From positions 32,001-96,000 of the forward strand of contig JAWSUS010000004.1 in the NCBI GenBank assembly GCA_033549025.1: a stretch of DNA of 64,000 nucleotides, given 5' to 3'. The position numbers were made by a program, and so were the translations under genes. The notes under the pieces are model-generated. The model saw only the letters and a list, made by a program, of their open reading frames with translations, was not told where the DNA came from and made no database searches. Source of the DNA: Desulfuromonadales bacterium (lineage in GTDB: Bacteria; Desulfobacterota; Desulfuromonadia; Desulfuromonadales; SZUA-540). Positions 1-11,965 of the stretch are shown here, piece by piece (within the stretch, counting starts at the first letter, position 1; every line of letters starts with the position of its first letter).

Positions 1-69
1 GGTGCCGGGAGCGAAGGGCGAGTAGCCGAGACCGGCGTTGCTGGAGAGAAAAAGGACAAAAGGTCGCAC
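1..69 (-). CDS. pgpA: Phosphatidylglycerophosphatase A, 5' end only (runs off the window start)
   Basis: Not in the ORF track. My translation from GTG at 69 gives MRPFVLFLSSNAGLGYSPFAPGT, matching the PgpA GxGxxPxAPGT motif. GGAGG RBS at 81-85, just after the larC stop. Confidence 0.8.
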   Translation of the reverse strand, partial: MRPFVLFLSSNAGLGYSPFAPGT

Positions 70-75
70 GGCTTA

Positions 76-1260
76 TCAGGCCTCCCCGGAAAAAAGGTGA
101 TCGGCAGCGCGCTCCACCAGCCGATAGACTTCCGGCAGGGGCAAGCCGCTGCTCTGGGCCAGGCGCCGGCAGCTGTCGAACTCGGGGGTGACGCGCAGCA
201 GGCGGCCGTCCTGGTAAAAAAGTTTGACTTCGGCCGGCCCCAGCGGCGTGTCAAGGCGGCGCTGCTCGCGGGGGAGCTTGAGGCGGCGAACCTGCTGCAG
301 GCGCACGCCGCTGGCGCTGCTTTCGCGCAGGAGCAGGGTCGCCAGTTCTTCGCTGCGCTCCACCGGCGCGATGACGGTGAGACCCACGCCGGGGCGGTTC
401 TTCTTCATCTGCAGGGGAGAAAAGGCGATGTCCAGGGCTCCTGCGGCGAGCAGATGCTCCATGAGGGCGCCGAGCCATTCCGGGTTGGCGTCATCGAGAT
501 GCGTCTCCAGAACGCTGACGCAATCGCTCTGGGTGCTGGCCTCGTCGGTCGTGCGGCCGAGGATCCCCCGCAGCAGGTTGGGACGATCCGCCAGGTCGCG
601 GCTGCCGACCCCATAGCCGGTGCGCTCCACCGTCATGGCCTCCAGGGGCGCAAAACGGGCGATTTCGGCGGCGATGGCGGCGCCGGTGGGCGTCACCAGT
701 TCCTGGTCGCAGCGGCCGTCGACAACGGGCAAGCCCTGGAGGATTTCGAGGGTGGCCGGCGCCGGCAGGGGGATGGCGCCGTGGGCGCAGTGGACGGTGC
801 CGTGACTCAGGGGCAGTGGGTCGCAGAGGATTTGGTCGATGTGCAGCTGCTCCAGGGCGAGGGCGGCGCCGACGATGTCGACGATGGAGTCGATGGCGCC
901 CACCTCGTGGAAATGGACCTTGGCCAGGTCGACGCCGTGTACTTTGGCCTCCGCTACGCCCACCCGGCGGAAGATGCGCCGGGCCAACTCCCGGGTCGCG
1001 ACCGGCAGCGGACTCTCCGCCAGCAGGCGGTCGATGTCGGCCCAGGTGCGGTGATGGTGCGACTCCTCAAAGAGGACATCGACCTTGGTGCCGGTGATTC
1101 CCCGGCGTTGCTGGCGGCTGCTCCGCAGTTGCCAGCCTTGGATGGGCAGGGTGGCCAGGCCCGCTTCGATGGCCTGCAGATCGACGCCGAGATCGACCAT
1201 CAGGCCGAGAAACATATCACCGGAAATACCGGAAAAGGGGTCGAGATAGAGTATCTTCAT
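76..1260 (-). CDS. larC: Nickel-pincer cofactor biosynthesis protein LarC (nickel insertase)
   Basis: N-terminal YLDPFSGISGDMFLG, VHFHEVGAIDSIVD, ELVTPTGAA, MKKNRPG and PEFD motifs. Confidence 0.93.
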   Translation of the reverse strand: MKILYLDPFSGISGDMFLGLMVDLGVDLQAIEAGLATLPIQGWQLRSSRQQRRGITGTKVDVLFEESHHHRTWADIDRLLAESPLPVATRELARRIFRRVGVAEAKVHGVDLAKVHFHEVGAIDSIVDIVGAALALEQLHIDQILCDPLPLSHGTVHCAHGAIPLPAPATLEILQGLPVVDGRCDQELVTPTGAAIAAEIARFAPLEAMTVERTGYGVGSRDLADRPNLLRGILGRTTDEASTQSDCVSVLETHLDDANPEWLGALMEHLLAAGALDIAFSPLQMKKNRPGVGLTVIAPVERSEELATLLLRESSASGVRLQQVRRLKLPREQRRLDTPLGPAEVKLFYQDGRLLRVTPEFDSCRRLAQSSGLPLPEVYRLVERAADHLFSGEA

Positions 1261-2015
1261 GAGACTGTCGTTTTGATGATGCGGCTGGCGGCAAAGGCGG
1301 CGCCGAAGCCGTTGTCGATGTTGACCACGGTGACGCCGCTGGCACAGGAATTGAGCATGCCGAGCAGGGCCGCCACGCCGCCGAAAGCCGCTCCGTACCC
1401 GACGGAGGTGGGTACGGCGATGACCGGTACGCGCACGAGGCCACCGACCACGGAGGGCAGGGCGCCTTCCATGCCGGCGACGACGATGATCACGGCGGCC
1501 TTCTGCAGTTGGTCGGTGCGCGCCAGCAGGCGGTGGATACCGGCCACACCCACGTCGACCACTTCCTCGACCTGCAGGCCGAGCATACGGGCCGTCACGC
1601 TGGCTTCGCGGGCCACGGGCAGGTCGGAGGTGCCGGCGCAGACCACCAGGACCGCTCCAGTCGGCGGGGAGGTCTGCGGGTTCTGCACCAGGGTGAAGGT
1701 ACGGGCGAGTTCGTCGTATTCCCCCCGCGGGAAGGCGGTTCGCAGCGGTTCGGCGCGATCCGGCGGCAGGCGCGTCACCAGCACGTTGCTCCCCCGCTCC
1801 GCCATCTTGCCGACGATGGCCACCAGTTGCTCTGCCGTCTTGCGTTCGCCCAGGATGATCTCGGGGGCGCCTTGGCGCAGCTCGCGGTGATGGTCAATCT
1901 GGGCGATGCCGATATCCTCGAAGGGGAGAGCGCGCAGCCGCGCCATCCCTTCGTCGATGGAAAGGTGCTGATCGCGGATGGCGCTGAGCAGTTTATGGAG
2001 TTCGTCCTGGTTCAC
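1257..2015 (-). CDS. larB: Nickel-pincer cofactor biosynthesis protein LarB (PurE-like carboxylase)
   Basis: DHHRELRQGAPE, CAGTSDLPVA, AGMEGALPSVVGG, PTSVGYGA and VNIDNGFGAA motifs. Overlaps larC by 4 nt. Confidence 0.95.
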   Translation of the reverse strand: MNQDELHKLLSAIRDQHLSIDEGMARLRALPFEDIGIAQIDHHRELRQGAPEIILGERKTAEQLVAIVGKMAERGSNVLVTRLPPDRAEPLRTAFPRGEYDELARTFTLVQNPQTSPPTGAVLVVCAGTSDLPVAREASVTARMLGLQVEEVVDVGVAGIHRLLARTDQLQKAAVIIVVAGMEGALPSVVGGLVRVPVIAVPTSVGYGAAFGGVAALLGMLNSCASGVTVVNIDNGFGAAFAASRIIKTTVS

Positions 2016-2101
2016 GTCTTAACGGCCTTTGCGGACTGCGGAAGATTGAGCTGTAAAGAATAGCAAGGAACGGATGCTTTTCAACGTGGGGCTTGGGGAT
2101 G

Positions 2102-4381
<2,280 letters not shown>

Positions 4382-4396
4382 AGGGGTGAAACCTCG

Positions 4397-5188
4397 CTAT
4401 AGGGAGAGGGTCAAAACCAGGCTCCCGATCAGCCAACAGTAGATGGCGAAATAGAAGAGTCGGCGGCGGCGGATGATGGCCATCAGAAAGTGGATGGACA
4501 GCAACCCCGTAATAAATGCAATTCCCGCGCCAGCCAGGTAGAGGGGGAGACTGCCGGCGGGTACCGCCGAGAGGTCTCGCAGGGACAGCAGGGCGGCGCC
4601 GAATACGGCGGGCAGGGCCATGAGAAAAGAGAAGCGGGCCGCCGTTTCGCCGTCGACCCCCTTGAAGAGCAGGGTGGCGATGGTCGAGCCGGAGCGTGAA
4701 ATGCCGGGAATGATGGCCAGTCCCTGTACGGCCCCGACCACCAGGGCGTCAGACAGGGTGAGGGCCTCTTCCTTGCGCCCCTGCCGACGAAAGCGTTCGG
4801 CCAGAAAGAGGAGCAGGCCCGAGACCAGCAGCATCGAGCCGACGACAATAATGTTTTCAAAGAGTCCCTCGAAAAAGTCTTTAAAGGTCAGGCCGATGAT
4901 GGCCGTCGGCACGCTGGCCGCGATCAGGAGCAGCAGCAGGCGGCGATAGACGGCCGCCTCTTCGTTGCGGCGGAAGGGGGAGAGGGCCAGCAGGGCGATT
5001 TCACGGCGGAAATAGAAGATGACGGCGACCATGGTGCCAACGTGCAGCAGCACGTCGAAGAGGACGCCCGGTTGATGGAAGTCCGTCATATAGTGCTGGG
5101 CGATGGCTAGGTGTCCCGAAGAGGAGATGGGGAGAAATTCGCTGAGGCCCTGGATGAAGCCGAGGAAGATGGCCTGAAGTAGAGTCAT
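4397..5188 (-). CDS. uppP: Undecaprenyl-diphosphate phosphatase
   Basis: QGLSEFLPISSSGHL and PGISRSGSTI motifs; polytopic membrane protein. Confidence 0.95.
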   Translation of the reverse strand: MTLLQAIFLGFIQGLSEFLPISSSGHLAIAQHYMTDFHQPGVLFDVLLHVGTMVAVIFYFRREIALLALSPFRRNEEAAVYRRLLLLLIAASVPTAIIGLTFKDFFEGLFENIIVVGSMLLVSGLLLFLAERFRRQGRKEEALTLSDALVVGAVQGLAIIPGISRSGSTIATLLFKGVDGETAARFSFLMALPAVFGAALLSLRDLSAVPAGSLPLYLAGAGIAFITGLLSIHFLMAIIRRRRLFYFAIYCWLIGSLVLTLSL

Positions 5189-5258
5189 GAAGAAGTTCCT
5201 TTATCTGTTCGCTTGAAGTCTGTCGCTGTAACGGTTGGGAAATGGCGATGGTCGCCTG

Positions 5259-6941
5259 TCAGAGTTCGAGGATGACAGGCAGAATGAGGGGCCGGCGCTC
5301 GATGGTCTTGTTGAAAAAGCGGCGCAGGGTCTTGCGCACTTCGACGCGTAACTCCTCCCAATCGGTGATGGTTTCGAGGTTGTGCTCGGCCAGCATGGCG
5401 CTGACCGCCTGGGCGGCTTCGTCCAGATAGGGGCGGCTTTCGTCTTCCGGCACGAAGCCGCGACTGAAGAGCTCGGGGCCGTAGAGGATGCGGCCGCTGG
5501 ACTGGTTGAGGGCCAGCAGAACCACCACCAGACCATGGTTGGCCAGGTGGCTGCGGTCGCGCAGTTCCATGGTGCCCACATCGCCGACCCCCTTGCCGTC
5601 GATGAAGACCCGCCCCGTCTCTACCTTTTCTTCCAGGGTGACGCCGTTGCGCGAAAGGGCCAGCGGGGTGCCATTTTCCAGTACCAGGGTGTTCGAAGGG
5701 GCCATCCCCATGGACTGGGCGAGCTGGGCATGCTTGACGAGGTGACGATACTCGCCATGGACGGGCACGAAATAGCGTGGCCGAACCAGGGAATGCACCA
5801 GCTTCAGTTCTTCGCGGCTGGCGTGACCGGAGACATGAATTTCACTGGTGCTTTCGTAGAAAACCTCGGCGCCGCGCCGGTAAAGATGGTTGATCACCTC
5901 GCTGATGGCCTTTTCGTTGCCCGGGATGAACTTGGAGGAGAGGATGACCGTATCCCCCTGCTCCAGCTTGATCTGCTTGTGATCGTCCATGGCGATGCGG
6001 GAGAGGGCGCTGCGGGGTTCCCCCTGGCTGCCGGTGGCGATAATGAGCAGCTTGTCCGCCGGGAGATGGCGGGCCTGACCGGGATCGACAAGAATGTCGT
6101 CCGGCATTTGCAGGTAGCCGAGCTGGCGGGCGATGGCGATGTTGGCCAGCATGCTGCGGCCGATGACCAGAATCTGGCGCCCCGCCGCCACGGCGGCGTC
6201 GGCCACCTGCTGAATGCGGTGGATGTTGGAGGAAAAGGTGGAGACCAGCACTTTGCCCGGGCAGCGCGGCACGATCTCCTGCAGGGCCTCGCCCACGGTG
6301 CGCTCCGACAGGGTGTATCCCTCTCTTTCCACGTTGGTGGAGTCGGCCAGCAGCAGCAGGACGCCCTCCTGCCCGTAGGCGGCCAGACGGGCCAGATCGG
6401 TATGCTGGCTGTCGACGGGGGTCAGGTCGAGCTTGAAATCGCCCGTGTGAACGATAAGGCCGGCCGGCGTGCGGATGGCAAAGCCGACACCATCGACGAT
6501 GGAGTGGGCGACCCGGAAGGGTTCGATGCCGAAACAGCCCAGGGTGAATGGCACGCCGGGTTCGATGGGGTTCAGGCTCGCCTTTTCCAGCAGATGGTGT
6601 TCGTCGAGCTTGTTCTGCAGCAGTCCGAGGGTAAGGGGCGTCCCGAAGATCGGCGGATTGCCCAGGGTATCGAGCAGAAAGGGGATGGCGCCGATGTGAT
6701 CCTCATGGCCGTGGGTCAGCACCAGCCCGCGGATGTCCTTCATCCGCTCCAGCAGGGGGGTGACGTCGGGGATGACCAGGTCGATCCCCATCATGTAGGC
6801 TTCCGGGAACATCAGGCCACAGTCGATGAGCAGCAAATCGCCGCGGCATTCGACGGCCATCATGTTCAGACCGATTTCGCCCAGGCCCCCCAGCGGGAGC
6901 AGTCGCACGGCATCGGGATGCAGAGGGGTATGGAGACTCAT
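5259..6941 (-). CDS. rnj: Ribonuclease J
   Basis: PLGGLGEIGLNM, THGHEDHIG, HTGDFK, TGSQGEP, HVSGHA and PVHGEYRH motifs. Confidence 0.96.
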   Translation of the reverse strand: MSLHTPLHPDAVRLLPLGGLGEIGLNMMAVECRGDLLLIDCGLMFPEAYMMGIDLVIPDVTPLLERMKDIRGLVLTHGHEDHIGAIPFLLDTLGNPPIFGTPLTLGLLQNKLDEHHLLEKASLNPIEPGVPFTLGCFGIEPFRVAHSIVDGVGFAIRTPAGLIVHTGDFKLDLTPVDSQHTDLARLAAYGQEGVLLLLADSTNVEREGYTLSERTVGEALQEIVPRCPGKVLVSTFSSNIHRIQQVADAAVAAGRQILVIGRSMLANIAIARQLGYLQMPDDILVDPGQARHLPADKLLIIATGSQGEPRSALSRIAMDDHKQIKLEQGDTVILSSKFIPGNEKAISEVINHLYRRGAEVFYESTSEIHVSGHASREELKLVHSLVRPRYFVPVHGEYRHLVKHAQLAQSMGMAPSNTLVLENGTPLALSRNGVTLEEKVETGRVFIDGKGVGDVGTMELRDRSHLANHGLVVVLLALNQSSGRILYGPELFSRGFVPEDESRPYLDEAAQAVSAMLAEHNLETITDWEELRVEVRKTLRRFFNKTIERRPLILPVILEL

Positions 6942-7654
6942 GCCGCTGAATCCTCGACTGATTGTCCGAGTGCGGCGGCGATGGGCTGCCGCACTTCTTC
7001 GATGAGGCGGTCCCGGTCAGCCGTCTGTCGGCCTGCCGTAGCTACCACGGGAAAGAAGCGGATGTGGATGTCGCCGGGTCTGAACGCCAGCCGACCTTTG
7101 CGCATAACGTCGCGGCTGCCGCCAATGGCGACGGGAACGATAGGGGTCTGGGCCGAAAGGGCGAGCAGAAAGCCGCCTTTTTTGAAAGGCAGCAGCCGAC
7201 CGTCCGCAGAGCGCGTTCCTTCGGGGAAGATGATCACCGAGGTGCCGGCGGCAATGCGCTGCGCCGCCACGGCCATGCTTTTGGCGGCCTGGCGCCGGTC
7301 GGAGCGATTGATGGGGATATAGCCGGTACGGGCCATGGCATAACCGAAAAGCGGGATGCGGAAGAGCTCCTCCTTGGCCATCCAGCGGAATTGCCCGGGG
7401 ATGCCGGCAAAGAGCGCCAGGATATCAACGTTGCTCTGATGGTTGGGCATGTAGACGACGGGTCGGGAGGCGTCGAGATGCTCGGTCCCCTCCACGATGA
7501 GCCTCACCCCGATGAGAGCCAGACCGAAACGGGCCCAGATCTTGGCGTAGGCGTGGAGCCAGTCCGGATTGATGAAGGATAGGGGGACTCCGGTAAGGAT
7601 GACGAAAAGGGTCCAGGGGATGAAAACGATCCAGGCGACCAGGGTGCGAAACAT
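6938..7654 (-). CDS. plsC: 1-acyl-sn-glycerol-3-phosphate acyltransferase (lysophospholipid acyltransferase)
   Basis: NHQSNVD (HX4D) and FPEGTRS...PFKKGGF motifs. Confidence 0.9.
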   Translation of the reverse strand: MFRTLVAWIVFIPWTLFVILTGVPLSFINPDWLHAYAKIWARFGLALIGVRLIVEGTEHLDASRPVVYMPNHQSNVDILALFAGIPGQFRWMAKEELFRIPLFGYAMARTGYIPINRSDRRQAAKSMAVAAQRIAAGTSVIIFPEGTRSADGRLLPFKKGGFLLALSAQTPIVPVAIGGSRDVMRKGRLAFRPGDIHIRFFPVVATAGRQTADRDRLIEEVRQPIAAALGQSVEDSAA

Positions 7655-7795
7655 GCTGCCAAGCTCCTAACTTATTGAATAGGTGAGTGTACGAGAGATG
7701 GCGGCAGGGAGTCAAACCTTTTTCGGCAAAGGCCTTTACACCCCGGGGTATTTTGGGTAAACTCGCCCCATTCCCCTTTTTGGAGGTCTTTTTTT

Positions 7796-8269
7796 ATGTC
7801 CGTGAACAAAGTTATTCTTGTCGGCAACCTGGGTAAAGATCCTGAGTTGCGTTACACTCCCTCCGGGGCGGCCGTGGCCAATTTCACCATCGCCACCACC
7901 GAACGCTACAAAGACCGCGACGGCCAGACGCAGGAAAAGACCGAGTGGCACAACATCGTCGCCTGGCGTCAGCTCGCCGAGATCTGCGGCAAATATCTGC
8001 ACAAAGGCAAACAGGTCTACATCGAAGGAAAGATTCAGACGCGCTCCTACGACGATCGCGACGGCAACAAACGCTACATCACCGAGATTGTTGCCGACCA
8101 GATGCAGATGCTCGGCCGGGCCGGCGATGACAACAACGCCAACTACGGTCAGCAGCGCAACGCCGCTCCTCGCTCCAACCGCCCGGCGCCCGCCGCTTCT
8201 TCCGGGGCCCCGGCCTACGAGGACTACGCCGATCCCCCCTTTAACCCGGATGACGATATTCCCTTTTAA
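7796..8269 (+). CDS. ssb: Single-stranded DNA-binding protein
   Basis: [20 protein letters not shown], and acidic tail DDDIPF. GGAGG RBS upstream. Confidence 0.97.
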   Translation: MSVNKVILVGNLGKDPELRYTPSGAAVANFTIATTERYKDRDGQTQEKTEWHNIVAWRQLAEICGKYLHKGKQVYIEGKIQTRSYDDRDGNKRYITEIVADQMQMLGRAGDDNNANYGQQRNAAPRSNRPAPAASSGAPAYEDYADPPFNPDDDIPF

Positions 8270-8339
8270 TTTCCAGTTTTTACAGCACGCGTCAGCCAGG
8301 TAAGCGAGAATGAAAACTCCTTGATGCGGGAGCCCGACT

Positions 8340-8915
8340 GTGGAAGCAGGTGAGTTGAGAAAAAAGGTGTTGCTGAAGGCTCTGAATGATCCTGAGGACG
8401 CCGTGCGTCAAGCCGCTTCACAGGCTCTGGAGAAGATCGAAGCCTCCTGGTCGCTTTCCCATATCACCGCCCTGCTCAAGGAGGGGAACCGGGGCCAGCA
8501 GGTCAAGGCGCTCATCGCCCTGGAACGCATCGACAGTCTGCAGATATTCCCCCTGCTGCTGACTGCTCTCAAAAATCCCGATGCCGATATCCGGGCCGCC
8601 GCTGTGCAGGTGCTGGGTCACAAGGCGCATCCCAAAACCCTGGGTAACCTGGTCAAATACCTCAAGGATCCGCATCCGGCGGTACGGGTCCACTGTGCCG
8701 ACGCCCTGGGGAACTTCGCGGACGCCCGGCTGGTTCCCCTACTGGGGGCCTGTCTGCAGGATGCCGACGATGCCCTGGTGGTCAGCGCGGCGCGCTCCCT
8801 GGGTAAAATCGGCTCTCCGCAGGCGGAAGAGGCCCTGGCGACCGCGGCGGACGATCCCCGTGCCGCGGTACGGGCAGCGGCACTCCTGGCTCTGGCCGAA
8901 CTGAAGACCGCGTAA
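8340..8915 (+). CDS. HEAT/PBS-lyase repeat protein
   Basis: Repeated LxDxxxxVRxxAAxALG units. Confidence 0.85.
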   Translation: MEAGELRKKVLLKALNDPEDAVRQAASQALEKIEASWSLSHITALLKEGNRGQQVKALIALERIDSLQIFPLLLTALKNPDADIRAAAVQVLGHKAHPKTLGNLVKYLKDPHPAVRVHCADALGNFADARLVPLLGACLQDADDALVVSAARSLGKIGSPQAEEALATAADDPRAAVRAAALLALAELKTA

Positions 8916-8944
8916 CATCTTTTCCGACAAGATAAGATTCAATC

Positions 8945-8980
8945 CAAAGAGGCCGACACAGCAATGTGTCGGCCTCTTTG
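8945..8980. terminator. Bidirectional intrinsic terminator between convergent genes
   Basis: Perfect 16-bp inverted repeat CAAAGAGGCCGACACA-gcaa-TGTGTCGGCCTCTTTG. Confidence 0.85.
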
Positions 8981-8982
8981 CT

Positions 8983-10317
8983 TCAATCAAGATAGTCGGC
9001 GATTTCGATCCCTTTACTGAAGGGGTCCACTTCGCCGACGATTTGCAGCTCATCAGCGGAACCGGGGCAGAAGAGTCGGGGCGGGTCGAGCTTGTTGCCT
9101 TCGGCGTCGAAGAGGATTTTCAGCCGGGTGGCGGAGCTGGCGTCACCGCCGACGGCGGTAACCAGCCCGATTTCATTGTTCTGCAGACGCACGAGACTGC
9201 CGACGGGGTAGGGCCCCAGGGCCTGGATGAACAGTTCGACGAACTGAGGGTGCAGCCTGGTACCGGCATTGTCCCGCAGCAGTTTGACGGCCTGCCGCGG
9301 CGTCACCGGCCGCTGGTAGGAGCGCAGGGTGGTGATGGCGTCGTAGGCGTCGGCGATGGACGCCATGTCCACCAGGGGAGACAGGCGTTTGCCGCGGCTG
9401 TCGGCCGGGTAGCCCTTGCGGTCGTACTGCAGATGGTGACACAGGGCGATGTCGACGACTACGGCGGGGATATCCTCCATTTGCTGCAGAATGTCAGCGC
9501 CGTCGCGCGGATGTTTTTTGATCTGTTCGAATTCCCCCTCGGTCAGGCGGCCGGGTTTGGTGATGATGCCGACATCCACTTTGAGCTTGCCCAGATCGTG
9601 CAGCATGCCGCCCAGGCCGATAATGCGCAGTTCTTCGGCCGAGAGGCCGCAGGCGCGTCCGACCGCCAGGGCGATGACCGAGACATTGACCGAATGGGTG
9701 AAGGTGTAGTTGTCGTAGTCCTTGATGAGGGAGAGAGCGAAAAGGGCATGGGGGTCGGACAGGGTGACTTCGACCATCCCCTTGACCGCCTGCATCGCTC
9801 CTTCCGAAGACGGAATTTTGCCCAGGCGCACGTCGTGGAAGATATCTTCCATGACGCGCAAGGCCCGGTCGTAGACCTTGCGGGGTTTGCGGGCGAACTC
9901 GTCATCGTCCGTCTTGTCGACGGAGGAGGGGCGGATGTGATGAACCCCCTTCTTGAGCAGGGCCGCTTCCAGGTCTTCGCCCTTGACGTCTCCTGCCCGG
10001 ACGATTTCCAGAAAGGACAGGATTTCCCCTCCCGTCAGGCCAGAGATAAATTCCAATCCCTCCACTTCCAGGGTTCGCAACGCCTGGGCCACGTCCTCTT
10101 CCGCCGGGGAGGGGTAGGCAAAGAGTTCCTCATCAAAAAAAAGCGTGTCGTCCATCAAGCCGAGTTTCAGGCGGGCCTTGTGGAGAAACAACCCGGCCAG
10201 CGTGGCCATAAGATCCTGCACCTGCTTCTGGATGGTCGGATGCGACGGCGCGTAAAGGCGCATGCCCTGAAAAGTGCGGGAAATTTTCTGGATGGCGTCT
10301 TTGTAAATCGTCTGCAT
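8983..10317 (-). CDS. HD-GYP cyclic-dinucleotide phosphodiesterase with an N-terminal domain of unknown function
   Basis: YTFTHSVNV, LHDLGK, KKHP, HHLQYDRKGYP and ADAYDAIT motifs; C-terminal YPVGSLVRL extension. Confidence 0.9.
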   Translation of the reverse strand: MQTIYKDAIQKISRTFQGMRLYAPSHPTIQKQVQDLMATLAGLFLHKARLKLGLMDDTLFFDEELFAYPSPAEEDVAQALRTLEVEGLEFISGLTGGEILSFLEIVRAGDVKGEDLEAALLKKGVHHIRPSSVDKTDDDEFARKPRKVYDRALRVMEDIFHDVRLGKIPSSEGAMQAVKGMVEVTLSDPHALFALSLIKDYDNYTFTHSVNVSVIALAVGRACGLSAEELRIIGLGGMLHDLGKLKVDVGIITKPGRLTEGEFEQIKKHPRDGADILQQMEDIPAVVVDIALCHHLQYDRKGYPADSRGKRLSPLVDMASIADAYDAITTLRSYQRPVTPRQAVKLLRDNAGTRLHPQFVELFIQALGPYPVGSLVRLQNNEIGLVTAVGGDASSATRLKILFDAEGNKLDPPRLFCPGSADELQIVGEVDPFSKGIEIADYLD

Positions 10318-10321
10318 GAGT

Positions 10322-11902
10322 TCAGCCTTTTTTGAGTTGCTTCAGCGACTGGACTGCCGTGCGGGCCACCTGTTGGGCGGGATCTTCCGTGGCTTCCTCC
10401 AGGGCGCTAATGACCTCCGGGATGGGAAAACTGGCCAATGCCCCCGCCGCGGCGGCACGCAGATCATTAAAGCGAGAACGCTTCCAGAACTTTTTGCGGT
10501 GCAGCACTTCCAGCAGATGGGGCCAGGAGTCGGGGGCGGCAATTTCTCCCAGGGCACGGATGGCCTCTTTCTTCTCGTCCAGTTTTTTGACCAGAAAATC
10601 ATTCGACCGGATCACTTTCAGGAGAAAGGGGACGGCTGCCGGTTCCTTCATGGCTCCCAGAGAGAGAAAGGCCAGGCGGCGTAGATCCGGATCCTCGTCT
10701 TCGGCGACCTGCAGCAAAATGGCGAGGGCCTTGGGTCCGCCGATGCGGGAGAGGGAGCGAATCGCTTCGCGGCCAACGCGCACATCTTCGTGATTGAGCA
10801 GCGGGGTGAGAGCGGGGATGGCGGCGGGGTGGCGGATCTCGCCGAGAATGAAGACGACGTTGCGCTTGACATACCAGCGCTCGTCCTTGAGGTAGCTGGA
10901 CAGGATGGGGATCGCTTCCCCCCCCTGGCGTGACAGCAGTTCGGTAAGACAGCGCCTGGCCTGGCCACCTTTTTCGGCCGAAAGGCGCTCCATGGCGCGG
11001 CCGACGATGCGGCTGCCGTAAAACAGCAGAATGGTAATGATGGCTTCCTGTTCCTGGCGGGTGGCCAGGGGCAGGCAGAGCAGATCGACGAGATAGTCCA
11101 GGACATCGTCCATCCCCAGTTCGTCCAGGGTTTTGCGGGCGGCCTCACGACGCGGGACGGAGACCTGTTCCGACTGGGAATGCGTCAGCAGCAGGGCGAG
11201 AGCTTCGATGACCAGGTGACGTCCTTCGCTGTTCAGAACCTGGCGCAGTTGGGGCGGCAGTTCAAGCAGCAGGAGACGGTAACGGTCGTCCGAGATGTCC
11301 TGCTGAAGATTGCGCAGCAGTTCTTTCAGGTCGCGCAACTCCTTCGGCGTTTCTTCCGGCTTCTCGGCTGTTTCTTCGAGCAGAGGCTCGTCCCACTGAC
11401 GTGCGGCGCCGTCTGTGCCGGGATTGGCGGCGAGGGTCTTCTCGGCCTCCTCTCTGCGCTTGGCGATGCGGTCCAGTTGCAGCTCATTGAACCAGAGCGT
11501 CATTACCCGGGCCTGCAGCAGCAGCTCCTCGATACCGCCTTTTTGGGCGACAACCTCGGGGCGAATCGCCAGGGCGCGGGCGAGCCCCAACAGGTCGCGG
11601 TCCGAGAAGTCGGGCATCACCAGAACTTTCTGGACGCGACGGGCGAAAAAGGCCGTGGCCAACGGGGGAAGAAAGGGGACATTTTTTCCCACGTGCACGT
11701 CATTGAGAAGAAAATGGTCCCTGCGGACGGAAAAGATCAGGTTGCCCTCGGACAGCAGGGGGCGCCAGGCTTTTAACCCTTCCAGAATCTGGGCCCGGAG
11801 AGCGGGGTGGCCGGGAGGGTAGAAACTGGCCGCCTTCATGACCCGCGCCAGGGATCGGAGGGCGTTTTCGAGAAGAATGGGGTTGGGCTGGGGGTTGTCC
11901 AT
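10322..11902 (-). CDS. HEAT-repeat protein with N-terminal YPxxHP domain
   Basis: C-terminal HEAT repeats (LKDERWYVKRNVVFILGEI and similar). Lies 4 nt upstream of the HD-GYP gene. Confidence 0.85.
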   Translation of the reverse strand: MDNPQPNPILLENALRSLARVMKAASFYPPGHPALRAQILEGLKAWRPLLSEGNLIFSVRRDHFLLNDVHVGKNVPFLPPLATAFFARRVQKVLVMPDFSDRDLLGLARALAIRPEVVAQKGGIEELLLQARVMTLWFNELQLDRIAKRREEAEKTLAANPGTDGAARQWDEPLLEETAEKPEETPKELRDLKELLRNLQQDISDDRYRLLLLELPPQLRQVLNSEGRHLVIEALALLLTHSQSEQVSVPRREAARKTLDELGMDDVLDYLVDLLCLPLATRQEQEAIITILLFYGSRIVGRAMERLSAEKGGQARRCLTELLSRQGGEAIPILSSYLKDERWYVKRNVVFILGEIRHPAAIPALTPLLNHEDVRVGREAIRSLSRIGGPKALAILLQVAEDEDPDLRRLAFLSLGAMKEPAAVPFLLKVIRSNDFLVKKLDEKKEAIRALGEIAAPDSWPHLLEVLHRKKFWKRSRFNDLRAAAAGALASFPIPEVISALEEATEDPAQQVARTAVQSLKQLKKG

Positions 11903-11965
11903 TCAGGGTTAATCCTTCGGTTTGTTCATTTATGGTCGCAGTCGTGCTTCACGAAAACTCCCGTT

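Noticed and set aside
97..1890. 597-aa plus-strand ORF, and similar long ones at 5382-7322, 12333-13898, 18512-20149 and 28336-29883
   Set aside because: Each lies opposite a well-identified gene and has shadow-like composition.
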